From NCBI GenBank assembly GCA_030591685.1, contig JAUVAX010000018.1:1-43223 (forward strand): a stretch of 43,223 nucleotides of DNA, written 5' to 3'. The stretch is from Pseudobdellovibrionaceae bacterium. Its GTDB lineage: Bacteria > Bdellovibrionota > Bdellovibrionia > Bdellovibrionales > UBA1609. The notes beneath the pieces were generated by a model. The model did no database searches and was not told where the DNA came from. It worked only from the letters and a program-made list of their open reading frames with translations. The translations under genes and the position numbers were made by a program. Shown piece after piece: positions 28,841 through 39,111 of this stretch (its first letter is position 1; the number at the start of each line of letters is the position of its first letter).

Positions 28841-29665
28841 ATGAAGACCAAATTTAAGGCTATAATATCCCTTTTGCTAACAACGACCATAAGTATTGCG
28901 CTTTATGCTACTGACCCCACCCCCAGCGATGAGGTTATAAAATTCACCTTAGCTAGTTTTTTAGACAGCCATGTCTTTCCGAACATTGACACCCCCGAAT
29001 TAGACTTAGCCACTCATTATAGTTTTTCAAACTCAGGAGTTGTATCAAAAAAAATAAGGCTCAGAGCTGAGATCCCACAAACAGGCCCTATAAAATATAA
29101 AGTTTATGAAAACAAAGAAATTGAAGACTCAGAACTTTACGCCTTGGCCGGTGAAAAAGATGCTTATTTGATCGCCTACATTACCACTCAAGGTGAAACC
29201 GGGTTTCTTGGAGAAACCGGGAGCATTGATCTTTTCACAATCAAAGACCCCCTTAATGAAGACAATCATTTTGAATACCCGATTACTTTGCAAAGCAAAA
29301 AAATCGGTAATATTTATTTTAAGCTCGTCTCTATTAAGGGTGACTTGAAGTTTACTTATATTGATAAAAAGTGTGCCACTCATAAGTATAACGACCCCGT
29401 ATGCAACCCAAAGCTTTTAAAAAACTCTAATAGCGGGGACCTTATCGATATTAACGGTGAGGAGTATAAGGTTAAAACATCAAAAGCCCTTTTTTCTGTG
29501 ACATACAACATTAACGCAGAAACCCTAGTTAAGCAGGGAGATGCCGGGCATAGAAAGTTTATACCAAAAGACATTCAATTAAAGGGGTCCTTTAAGTTCA
29601 AAGACGGCAAAACAAAGTATGAATCTGATTTAATATACAACCCACAATTCTTAGACCGAGGTTAA
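28841..29665 (+). CDS. Secreted hypothetical protein (274 aa)
   Basis: Signal peptide; AGGAG RBS. Confidence 0.8.
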   Translation: MKTKFKAIISLLLTTTISIALYATDPTPSDEVIKFTLASFLDSHVFPNIDTPELDLATHYSFSNSGVVSKKIRLRAEIPQTGPIKYKVYENKEIEDSELYALAGEKDAYLIAYITTQGETGFLGETGSIDLFTIKDPLNEDNHFEYPITLQSKKIGNIYFKLVSIKGDLKFTYIDKKCATHKYNDPVCNPKLLKNSNSGDLIDINGEEYKVKTSKALFSVTYNINAETLVKQGDAGHRKFIPKDIQLKGSFKFKDGKTKYESDLIYNPQFLDRG

Positions 29666-29666
29666 T

Positions 29667-30386
29667 TTGAATTTTATTCTCATTGCCACCCTGGCCTTTT
29701 CTCAAATCATTCACTTTTCTTTTTTAGAGAGCTCTCAACGCTTTTTCGACAACTCCCCCTCTGTTGTGTACCCCGTTGTAAAATCTGTTTTTTTTAATTT
29801 AGACCGTCTTTTAACGACTCGATCTAGCATCCCTTTTTATTTTAAAAACTGCCAACTTTACAACAAGCACTCTCGGCTTGTTGCCTTTAGCAAAGAGGGC
29901 GTAGGCTTATGTTTGTATAAAAATATACTCCGTGAGCAGTTAAATTTATCGCGTGATGGTAAATATGAAATTAACACCAACATGGTTATTAAGAGATCTC
30001 AAAAAGAGGTCCCTGTTATTATAAGATCTCGCATAGCTAATGTTTTAGGTCACCTCGGCAACTGGAGTGATTACGTGTTTGATAATGACTTTGATATCCA
30101 GTTTGCAACGCCGGTGTTGCTTTCAGACCTTTATTCTCTTGAGGCATTGAGCTCTGTGTCTCGCTCTGAGTCCATTGACTTAAGTATCCTTGCCATTAAC
30201 CGTATAACTATTACGACCGTTATTTCTTCTGGCAATGAGGATTTGCCCCTAATAAAAACTTTTAATATTAATATCTACACCCCCCAAAGGGAGGCTCCCC
30301 TTATTAGCAGCACCATTGATCTTGACTATACTGTCGGCGCAGATAATGACTATTATTTAAACTTTAAAACAAAGAGCGGCCTATGA
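29667..30386 (+). CDS. Hypothetical protein (239 aa), probably exported
   Basis: Starts 1 nt after the upstream stop; hydrophobic N-terminus. Confidence 0.7.
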   Translation: MNFILIATLAFSQIIHFSFLESSQRFFDNSPSVVYPVVKSVFFNLDRLLTTRSSIPFYFKNCQLYNKHSRLVAFSKEGVGLCLYKNILREQLNLSRDGKYEINTNMVIKRSQKEVPVIIRSRIANVLGHLGNWSDYVFDNDFDIQFATPVLLSDLYSLEALSSVSRSESIDLSILAINRITITTVISSGNEDLPLIKTFNINIYTPQREAPLISSTIDLDYTVGADNDYYLNFKTKSGL

Positions 30387-31492
30387 AAGGGTTAGTTTTG
30401 TGCTCTATCGCCATATGTATTTTTTTAAGCTTTGAGTCTTTTGCTAAGTGCAGCCTTTCGCCAAAAAACTTAACCTTTACAGATGATAAGTTTTCATCTG
30501 TTTACGATAAAAATGTTGAGCGTGAAATTAACAAGTACTATTTGCGCGAGTATAATGAGTTTGTGCAGTACTATAAACAGGCTAAAAAAGCCCACAAAAA
30601 TGTGGCGTCTTTTAAAAGAAAAATTAAGGCTTTAAATATAAAACTCTCAGCCACTATTTCAAAAATTGAGCGAAAAAAGAAGGACCCTTCTACTTCAAGT
30701 AAAGTTCTTAAAATCAAAGCCACTTTAAGCGAATATAACGAATATTTAAATATTTTTAAAACCCAAGAGCATGAAATGAGAGCTTTCATGAAACGCCTTC
30801 ATGACCCACTTATAACCCAAATGGATATTAGTGAACTCGAGGTGACTCCTGACAACCGAGTTGTTGGTCATTTTTCAATTGAAGGGTTTTTGCGCCCCTC
30901 TGCCGGCTCTGTACTTTCTTTGCCAATGGGAGTTGCCAGGTTCAATGTTTCTGAAAAATCTATTATTTATTTATGCGTAAACTTTGATAAGTTCAATGCC
31001 GAAAAAAACCATGTCACTTTGCGTTTTTTAAAAACTAACAGAAACCAGCCAAAAAACATTTCTGAATATATTTTAAACCCCTACGGTAATTTATCACGAA
31101 TTAAAAATATTTTTACTCGGCCAAAGGTACGCATCGACCCCTCTAATATTACAGCACATATTGCTGATGCTGTAGTGACCCCTATAGATGCTATTTTTGC
31201 TCACCTAGCCCCTTTGAGATTTGTGACGTATATTTTGCACTCCATCGGAAAAACCGTAGACTATGCTCTTAAGGATATAATTTTAGATAATGTTGGCATT
31301 GGAGCAAAGTCCTTAACCATAAGCAATGATCACATTCGAATGCAGTTTGGAGTAAAAACACTTTTTGGCCTTGTAAAATTTAATAATATCTTTGAGTATA
31401 CAAGTGAGGGTGATTACTCTATTGGATTAAACAAATTCACCCTAAACCCTTATGATGAACACTACGCTAGAAATAATACAGCAGTCGAGTAA
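30383..31492 (+). CDS. Secreted hypothetical protein with a coiled-coil-like segment (369 aa)
   Basis: ATGA overlap; signal peptide ending ESFA; K/E-rich helical region. Confidence 0.75.
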   Translation: MKGLVLCSIAICIFLSFESFAKCSLSPKNLTFTDDKFSSVYDKNVEREINKYYLREYNEFVQYYKQAKKAHKNVASFKRKIKALNIKLSATISKIERKKKDPSTSSKVLKIKATLSEYNEYLNIFKTQEHEMRAFMKRLHDPLITQMDISELEVTPDNRVVGHFSIEGFLRPSAGSVLSLPMGVARFNVSEKSIIYLCVNFDKFNAEKNHVTLRFLKTNRNQPKNISEYILNPYGNLSRIKNIFTRPKVRIDPSNITAHIADAVVTPIDAIFAHLAPLRFVTYILHSIGKTVDYALKDIILDNVGIGAKSLTISNDHIRMQFGVKTLFGLVKFNNIFEYTSEGDYSIGLNKFTLNPYDEHYARNNTAVE

Positions 31493-32264
31493 GTATAGAC
31501 TTTTAATCTTTATAAGTTTTCTTATATTATTTTTATCTCTACAGGCGGTTAATCCCCGTGTTTTATTAACTCAAGGCCGCCTCAAACGCTGGTTTAATAA
31601 TTTATCTTTAAGTTTACTCAACACCCTGTGCTTAAAATGGATATTTCCGGCCCTGGCCGTCCAGGTGGCTCTTAGCACCTACGATACGCAACAGGGGCTT
31701 TTACACACCCTCTCTGACAGTGCATACGCTAATATTGCCTTTACGGTGTTGTTTTTAGATTTTGCCATTTATTTACAACACATTATTACCCATAAGGTGC
31801 CCTTTCTTTGGCGCCTACACCGAGTACACCATACAGACAAGGACCTCGACGCCACCTCTGGCAGCCGTTTTCATACACTTGAAATCATAGGCTCAATGTT
31901 TGTTAAAATATCCCTTATTAAAGCTCTGGGGCTTCACCCTATAGGTGTACTTATTTTTGAAGTTTTACTTAGCAGCAGCGCACTTTTTAACCATTCTAAC
32001 ATTTATTTACCCATGTGGTTAGATAAGTACCTACAACGACTTATAGTCACACCAGATATGCACCGAATTCACCACTCAGAACTTCAAAATGAAACCGACA
32101 GTAATTATGGGTTTTTTCTCTCTGTTTGGGATAGAACTTTTAAAACTCACACAAAAAAGCCCTTTGAGGCCCAAAAAGATATTGTCATTGGGCTCAAGGA
32201 GTTTGACGCCCATGAGTCAACAGAGCTCCATAAAATGTTAATTTGTCCTTTTCGTAAAAAATAG
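31452..32264 (+). CDS. Sterol desaturase / fatty-acid hydroxylase family protein
   Basis: His boxes HIITH, HRVHH, HSN and HRIHH; NYG motif. Confidence 0.9.
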   Translation: MMNTTLEIIQQSSKYRLLIFISFLILFLSLQAVNPRVLLTQGRLKRWFNNLSLSLLNTLCLKWIFPALAVQVALSTYDTQQGLLHTLSDSAYANIAFTVLFLDFAIYLQHIITHKVPFLWRLHRVHHTDKDLDATSGSRFHTLEIIGSMFVKISLIKALGLHPIGVLIFEVLLSSSALFNHSNIYLPMWLDKYLQRLIVTPDMHRIHHSELQNETDSNYGFFLSVWDRTFKTHTKKPFEAQKDIVIGLKEFDAHESTELHKMLICPFRKK

Positions 32265-32417
32265 CCCCTTAGTTACACTCTTACTACAATGTTCACTTAT
32301 GGAGCTTGGCACTGCGACAGCTCAAGGGGGTTGATCTTTTACTTTTATTGTTTTACTTTTTTAAAAAAGAGACCTTAGTGCTTTAAATATTTATCTTTTT
32401 TTTTGGGGGGGGGCCCT

Positions 32418-33278
32418 ATGCTTGTTCAACATTTTTTTGATACGTCTACAAACACATTTAGCTATATTGTTTACGACCAGGCCAGTAGTGATGCGGTTAT
32501 CATCGATAGCGTCTTAGATTTTGACCCCATTTCACTAGAGTACAGTACAAACTCTGCTGACCTGCTTATTGATTTTATTAAGCAAAAGCAATTAAACCCC
32601 CTTTATATCCTTGAAACCCATCTCCACGCTGACCATTTAACAGCCTCTCAGTATTTAAAAAAAACCTTCACTAGTGCTAAGTCAGCGGTCAGTGAACGCA
32701 TTACAGAGGTGCAAGACACCTTTAATACCATCCTCGATTTAAATGTTAAAAATGATGGTTCTCAATTTGATGTACTTTTAACTGATGAGGCGCAGTTTGA
32801 AGCCGGGAGTTTAAATATTAAAGTCATTAACACCCCCGGGCATACCCCCGCTTGCTTATGCTTTATAATTAATGAGAGCGTTCTATTTGCAGGGGACACC
32901 GTGTTTTATCCCGAGTTTGGCACGGGGCGCTGCGATTTCCCAGGGGGGAGTGCTGAGCAAATGTACTCCTCAATAAAAAATAAAATCTACTCGCTAAACC
33001 CCAGTACTGTTATTTATGTGGGGCATGATTACCCCCCCGCCTCTTCTGAACCAAGACCGATGACAACAGTCGCGGATCAAATGCAAAAAAATATCCATAT
33101 AAAAGCTGACACCACAAAAGATGAGTTTATAGCTTTCAGAACTCAAAGGGACCAACAACTTAAAAACCCCCGCCTTCTTTTTCAAAGTGTTCAATTTAAC
33201 ATGAATGGCGGAGAAGCCCCTATCAACGTAAATGAGGCCCGTTTTTTTAAGCTTCCCCTGTTAAAAGCAAAAAAGTAG
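32418..33278 (+). CDS. MBL-fold hydrolase, persulfide dioxygenase-like
   Basis: ETHLHADH, TPGHT, GTGRCDFPGG and GHDY motifs. Confidence 0.88.
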   Translation: MLVQHFFDTSTNTFSYIVYDQASSDAVIIDSVLDFDPISLEYSTNSADLLIDFIKQKQLNPLYILETHLHADHLTASQYLKKTFTSAKSAVSERITEVQDTFNTILDLNVKNDGSQFDVLLTDEAQFEAGSLNIKVINTPGHTPACLCFIINESVLFAGDTVFYPEFGTGRCDFPGGSAEQMYSSIKNKIYSLNPSTVIYVGHDYPPASSEPRPMTTVADQMQKNIHIKADTTKDEFIAFRTQRDQQLKNPRLLFQSVQFNMNGGEAPINVNEARFFKLPLLKAKK

Positions 33279-33405
33279 TCATTATTAAATCACTTTAGCC
33301 CCAAAGACCTTTAGGTATCACCTGAATTTGTCGCCTAAGTTTGTCACCTCGGCTTTTTGATGTTTCACCAAAAGACTCTTTATATTTTTAGGCCCACTTT
33401 TAACA

Positions 33406-34845
33406 TTACAAATAGGGGCTTAATAGCCTTAACAACCCATCTCTTAATTTTTTAAATGCGTTTCTGTTATTATACTGTTCATAAGTGATTAACCTTGATT
33501 GACCTCTAAGGCCTTCGAAATGGATTTTCATTTTATTTGCTAAATCTGGGCATAAGCACTCAATGTTCAGTTCAAAATTTAAAAGCAGGCTACGACTGTC
33601 CCAATTACTAGACCCAATATTTACATAACATTTATCAACAATAAAAATCTTACTGTGGTCAAACGGCGGTTTAGAAAGAAATATTTTGGCCCCCACCACA
33701 ATTAAATCTCTAACTGAACCCATCATCGCGTAGTGAATTAACTGGTGATCCATGACCTCAGGGGTGACCACCTCAACCTCGACCCCTCTAAGTACCGCGG
33801 ATTTAAGTGCTGCCATTATACTTGTTGGCGGTAAAAAGTAGGGTGTTAAAATTTGTATCGACGACGACGCCATTGAAATAGCATGCAGAAGTTGCCAAAC
33901 GGTCCTCTCTGAGCCCTCACCGGGGCCATCGGGGACAACTCTGGCCATACAGTCCCTATGCCCCTCGATTTTAAATTGTGGGTACCAATGGCTCTCGTTG
34001 AGCACCTCCTCAGTAGTAAAAGCCCAGTCATCAGCAAAGACCATTTGCATAGGGTGCACTATAGACCCTGAAATTTTAAAATGAATGTCTCTTACGTAGC
34101 CCTCGTTATGCCCGGTATGTCGACTTGAAATATTCATGCCCCCTGTAAAGGCCGTAACTCCATCAATTATAAGGAGCTTACGGTGATTGCGCAGGTTCGC
34201 ATAGGGACCACTAAATAAACTACTCATGGGTAAAAAGGCCTCGGCCTTAATGCCAAGATTTTTCATTTTACTTACAACGCCCTCAAAGGCCCCCTCTGAC
34301 CCAACATGATCAACAAGAACCCTTACCTGCACACCCCTATTTTTTGCCTCTACGAGGTGTTTAATAAATTCAGCCCCCACATCATCATCTTCAAAAATAT
34401 AACTCATTAGAGTTATTGATTTTTCAGCCCTCGACATACTTGTAAGCATCTCTTTAAAGGCCACGTCCCCGCCAATGAGCTCTTTAATTTTTGTATCTCT
34501 ATAAAAAGGGGACAAGTTTAGGTTTTCACCCATTTTAAACAGAGTTTGCCTTTGTGATTTTTTTAAAAATTTTAGGCCTTCAGGGTCTGTTACAATGTCA
34601 TGGCCATACCCCTTAGAGAGTATTGACTCTTTTTTATTTAATTTTAAAACTTTTCTGTTAATTCTATTAATACCAAAAACATAATACATAAAGGGCCCAA
34701 AAAGCGGCGAAAATATTATTAACCCCAGCCAGGCCAAGGCTGCTCGTGTGTTTTTTTTATAAAGCACAACATGCAGACCCGACCAAAATGTAACAACAAA
34801 ATATAATATCAAACTTAAAATATTTAGTACGTCGTAAAAATCCAT
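33406..34845 (-). CDS. cls: Cardiolipin synthase
   Basis: Two N-terminal TMs; HRKLLIID..GGMN and HSKIFIVD..GSSN motifs. Confidence 0.9.
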   Translation of the reverse strand: MDFYDVLNILSLILYFVVTFWSGLHVVLYKKNTRAALAWLGLIIFSPLFGPFMYYVFGINRINRKVLKLNKKESILSKGYGHDIVTDPEGLKFLKKSQRQTLFKMGENLNLSPFYRDTKIKELIGGDVAFKEMLTSMSRAEKSITLMSYIFEDDDVGAEFIKHLVEAKNRGVQVRVLVDHVGSEGAFEGVVSKMKNLGIKAEAFLPMSSLFSGPYANLRNHRKLLIIDGVTAFTGGMNISSRHTGHNEGYVRDIHFKISGSIVHPMQMVFADDWAFTTEEVLNESHWYPQFKIEGHRDCMARVVPDGPGEGSERTVWQLLHAISMASSSIQILTPYFLPPTSIMAALKSAVLRGVEVEVVTPEVMDHQLIHYAMMGSVRDLIVVGAKIFLSKPPFDHSKIFIVDKCYVNIGSSNWDSRSLLLNFELNIECLCPDLANKMKIHFEGLRGQSRLITYEQYNNRNAFKKLRDGLLRLLSPYL

Positions 34846-35019
34846 TTTTTTACCTGACCTTTAAACAAATGATATATTTTTTTACTCTAACACATATAGC
34901 GCCCGCCTTCAGCCCCCCTTTATTTGCCTTTGAATGGGCCTTTTTGAGCCTATAAATAGGCCTCGCCTTTTTGGGCCCTTGCTATTACAATCTGCTTTTT
35001 AACTCAGTAAAGGGCATCC

Positions 35020-35646
35020 ATGCATAAAAGTGATTTTATTATTAACTCTCCAAAAAGCCCTAAAGCCATTTTTTTATTTGCCCATGGCGCGGGGGCCCCG
35101 ATGGACTCTGACTGGATGACCGAGTTGTCTTTAAACCTATGCGAGCAAAACATTGAAGTCCGTCGTTTTGAATTCCCCTATATGAAACAAAGAAGGCTTG
35201 AGGGTAAAAAAAGACCACCTAATAAAGCTCAAGTCCTAATAGATACCTGGCACGAGGCCATCAAAGCCACCCCAACTACCCCCCACTTATTTATAGGGGG
35301 TAAATCTATGGGGGGGCGCATAGCTAGCCTTATAGTTGATACCACGCCCGCAAAGGGTCTTATCGCATTAGGTTTTCCACTACATGCACCTAAAAAAATA
35401 AATCAAATAAGGGCTGAGTTATTAACTCAAGTAAAATCCCCCTCATTAATTCTTCAAGGAGAGAGAGACCCCATGGGGACCCCCGAAGACTTCACCGCCT
35501 TAAGTTTAAGTAATAACATTCAACTCAAGATTCTGGCTGACGGAGACCATAGCTTTAAACCTCGTAAAAAATCAGGTCACACTTTAGAGCGTCACCTCTA
35601 TGAGTGCTCTTTATTTATTTCGTCTTTTATTGATAAAAATATTTAA
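35020..35646 (+). CDS. Alpha/beta hydrolase
   Basis: AHGAGAPMDS, GGKSMGGR, QGERD and GDH motifs. Confidence 0.88.
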   Translation: MHKSDFIINSPKSPKAIFLFAHGAGAPMDSDWMTELSLNLCEQNIEVRRFEFPYMKQRRLEGKKRPPNKAQVLIDTWHEAIKATPTTPHLFIGGKSMGGRIASLIVDTTPAKGLIALGFPLHAPKKINQIRAELLTQVKSPSLILQGERDPMGTPEDFTALSLSNNIQLKILADGDHSFKPRKKSGHTLERHLYECSLFISSFIDKNI

Positions 35647-36167
35647 CAGCATCTCCGAGGCAAAGCCGACTCGGGACAGGCTTTTTGAGGTAAAATGGGC
35701 GGGCTTTTTTGACAGAGAACCGTTAGGTTCTCAGATGAGATGACGAAAGAAGAGTCGGTCTTAAAGCCCCTAATTGGGCTTTTGTTATATCTAACTTACA
35801 AAACTTATTTGCATATGTGAAATTCGATATTTTCATTTATACCATAAGCTATACTTATGCCATGGCCTCAGAACCCTATTTGTTTGGTTTAAAAACCCAT
35901 TGCTACATTAGAGTTTCTTATACGCAGGCCTTTGATCGCCTCTGTCTTTAATAACGATTTTTTATTATTTACACCCTCACTACCCCCCTTGCGACCCAAT
36001 TGGTGTAAAAATTTTACCCTCCTTCTCGGTTTGCTTAATTGTGATGCTGTAGTTTTTTTAAAAGAGTCTTCATTTTAATTTGAGCTTAACAGCTGCTCGG
36101 TGCTCCACTACAACTCACTCAACGGGGGCTTTATAAGACCCCTTAATATAATCTCTGGGGGGGGGAT

Positions 36168-37682
36168 ATGTTTAAAAATATTATATATGTATGCATAACT
36201 GTACTTTTTTTAGGTTGCTCTAAAGAAAATTCTGATAAATTACCCGAAGACAACCCACACACGAGCCACCCTAAATTTGAAACCGAGGTGAGCCCTGAGT
36301 TTCAAGCGCGAGCGCTCAGCGCCACTGAAGACCTTGATGCCGACTTAACCCCCAAGCTAGAGCTTGACTCAAGCATAGACTACTATGTGTATGCCTCTCG
36401 ATTAAATGTACGCTCAGGGCCATCAATTGATGACCCTATAGTGGGAGCTCTTAATATAAACAACAAAGTGCAACTCATAAGTGGCGAAGTTATTAATGGC
36501 TATGTCGAGATTGAGAATAATAAAAGTGGGCGTAAAATTACAGATCAAGATAACATTCGCCTCTATACGGCCTTTAAGTATTTAAGCGAAAAGAAAAACC
36601 CAGCAGAGCTGACCAAAAAAGCTTTTAAATACTTTATGATTCAAAACCTTGCCACAGAAAAAATGAGACTTTATGAAAAAAAATGCTCTGCAAACAACTG
36701 CTCTCATAAGCTTATATTAGAAACAGACATTGCTGTGGGCGAAGGTGGTGAAACCGAAACCATCGCTGGGTACTTTCATATCTCTGAGTGGATTAAATTT
36801 TACCAAGACGGTGCGGGGCTCTACCCCTCATGGTATCACCCTGACTACAATATGCCTCCAAAGCCAGGAGCCTCCGTAAGAAAGTGGGCCAAAAATAGCT
36901 ACCTCCCCTATAAAGGGGCTCAGGTGCGCGGAGCTTTTGGTTGGTACACAGCTAAGGTGGCCCCCAATGCTCGATACCAATGGACACATGGGACCCTCGG
37001 CTGGGGATCTGATAAAAAAGAATACATAGATGTCACACGAGGGTTCTGGGCTAATTTATTTTTTGACCCCAGAAGCCACGGCTGCACGCGCACCGACAAT
37101 GAAAGCATTGCCTTTATAAGAGAACTCTTAGAAGTGGGCACCCCTATATTAAAAGTTTACGCTAAAGAGGCCTACCAGGACCCCTCACGTTCTAAGTACC
37201 GTGAGAGCATGCAAACATGGGATTATATTTTAACTAAAAATGGATCCAGAACTAATGGGCAAAAATCTGGGCGTGAAACTGTTTTATCTCAAGGGACGCG
37301 TAAAAACCGCTGGCTTGAAGAGGGCACTTACGAGCTCGATGCCTACCCAAATGCAAAGGTCTTTCTTAAAGGGTCTGGTGGCGCCAAATCTAGTACAAAT
37401 GGTAACGTATACGGGCTGAATCACAGTGATATGCGCGGAGTCTTACTTGTAGATGCGGGGACTCTTGTTGACTACAAACACCCTTATAAGGTTTCTGTCG
37501 GGGGCTATAAACATGAGATTTTACCCTCATTTGCCAAGGCCAGTATAAACACTGAGTTTTTTATGCCTGACTGCCCTGTGCAAGCCCAAAGAGATCGAGC
37601 CACCTCTGGAAGACCTAGAGACCGAGGCTATGATCGACCTAAAACAAAAAACACTCGGTGCTCTGAGAGAAAGCCTATTTAA
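36168..37682 (+). CDS. Lipoprotein with an SH3-like domain and an L,D-transpeptidase-like domain
   Basis: FLGC lipobox; LNVRSGPS; THG...SHGCTR. Confidence 0.75.
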   Translation: MFKNIIYVCITVLFLGCSKENSDKLPEDNPHTSHPKFETEVSPEFQARALSATEDLDADLTPKLELDSSIDYYVYASRLNVRSGPSIDDPIVGALNINNKVQLISGEVINGYVEIENNKSGRKITDQDNIRLYTAFKYLSEKKNPAELTKKAFKYFMIQNLATEKMRLYEKKCSANNCSHKLILETDIAVGEGGETETIAGYFHISEWIKFYQDGAGLYPSWYHPDYNMPPKPGASVRKWAKNSYLPYKGAQVRGAFGWYTAKVAPNARYQWTHGTLGWGSDKKEYIDVTRGFWANLFFDPRSHGCTRTDNESIAFIRELLEVGTPILKVYAKEAYQDPSRSKYRESMQTWDYILTKNGSRTNGQKSGRETVLSQGTRKNRWLEEGTYELDAYPNAKVFLKGSGGAKSSTNGNVYGLNHSDMRGVLLVDAGTLVDYKHPYKVSVGGYKHEILPSFAKASINTEFFMPDCPVQAQRDRATSGRPRDRGYDRPKTKNTRCSERKPI

Positions 37683-38890
37683 AGCTCAAGTATTGACTCA
37701 AGGTCACTCTCTCTCACGGGTTTTGATCGGTCATCAATATTTATGAGGTACATGATGGCCCTGAGCTTAGTTTGGCTTTCAAAATCAGGGTTCAGTTGAC
37801 TGGCCACAAGTAATTTATTGAGCAGTATTTTTTGGTCTTTGTATTTTTCAGAAAAATAAAACCCCTCTCTTGTTGTCACACAGCCTCTTGTTGGCACAAA
37901 GGGGTAATGCTTAGACCAGGGGTTTAAGTTTCTCCACCCAGTACCATGTATCCTTAAATATTGCCGACCCATGTCGCGGGCAATAACAGCCTCTTGCCAC
38001 CAATCCTCACTGTGATGTGATTTTGGCATAAACCATTTTATATGGGCTTCACCCTCAGAGGGAGTAATGAAGTTTAAAATTAAACGCCTATAATCGCCAT
38101 ATGATGCTTTTTTATTTGTTTTTGGCATAACGCTATCAACAGTATAAACCCCGACGGGTGTTTGCCCATTAACTTTATAATAGGGTCTATTTTTTATAGA
38201 CTTAGCCAACATTGGTAAGCTCCACAACTGACCCGTTTCGCTTTTAACAAGTTCACCCCTATTGTTTTTTAAAAATAACCGACAGGGGTATTTGCGGTTT
38301 GTTCTACAGAAAATAAAAATTTGAGGCTTCCCCTTATAACGTCCCTCTTTGTAGTTTTCTACTTGATTGCTCTCAAAAACTAGTGATTTTATGGCTGCTT
38401 TAGATGGCCATTGAAAATCTTTTTTAAGATTTATTCTCTCACAGCTCTTGTTATTTAAAATACAATTGGTCAGCGCATCCCTGTAAGTTTTGATCGCACC
38501 AATTTTAATTTCAATATTTAAGCTTCGGCGAATAAGGGGGCTCCTGGTATATATCTTCAGGGCTTCATCAAGTTTTATTTTATCAGCGGCACTTAGTAAA
38601 CCCCAAGGGTAATTTTTTAAAATAAATTTTAAATCTGCAGTAGAAATTTTATCAAACTGTAATAAACTAATAAATGCATCTGTTAAAATTTGCCCCTGCT
38701 CTTCGCAAGTAAATACCGAGGGGGTCTCACATATTTTATAAATTTCAGAGGATTTTAAATTATTATAGATCTTGTCATAAAATTCTTCGCGCTCAATGTT
38801 ATTGCGAGCAAAAAGATTAATCGACAATAGAGTAATTATTAAACAGAGCACTCGCGCCAAATAAAAGGGCCTCACTTTAGTTAAATACAT
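37679..38890 (-). CDS. Secreted L,D-transpeptidase-like protein
   Basis: NGQTPVGVY and RIHGTG...TRGCV motifs; signal peptide. Confidence 0.65.
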   Translation of the reverse strand: MYLTKVRPFYLARVLCLIITLLSINLFARNNIEREEFYDKIYNNLKSSEIYKICETPSVFTCEEQGQILTDAFISLLQFDKISTADLKFILKNYPWGLLSAADKIKLDEALKIYTRSPLIRRSLNIEIKIGAIKTYRDALTNCILNNKSCERINLKKDFQWPSKAAIKSLVFESNQVENYKEGRYKGKPQIFIFCRTNRKYPCRLFLKNNRGELVKSETGQLWSLPMLAKSIKNRPYYKVNGQTPVGVYTVDSVMPKTNKKASYGDYRRLILNFITPSEGEAHIKWFMPKSHHSEDWWQEAVIARDMGRQYLRIHGTGWRNLNPWSKHYPFVPTRGCVTTREGFYFSEKYKDQKILLNKLLVASQLNPDFESQTKLRAIMYLINIDDRSKPVRESDLESILEL

Positions 38891-39111
38891 TTATACCCCC
38901 CAAATAATAAAAACACTTTGAACTTAAAGTTTATGTGCTGATATTTAAATTATAATCACCGAGGGCCCATATTTTTTATTAAATTCGTGATTGACGCGTT
39001 GCTGCCCGTCCTGGTGTCGATAGGGTCGGCCCCATTGCTTGTCGGCCCGAATGGTTATATTATTTTTTGGAATGATTCGTGCGATTTAAACCTACTTTCA
39101 AGGAAGCATCT

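Noticed and set aside
35647..36167. 520-bp intergenic region with a GGCAAA-containing hairpin, considered as a c-di-GMP riboswitch or sRNA
   Set aside because: It lacks the remaining GEMM consensus elements and I cannot support an RNA call by eye; an Rfam scan would decide.
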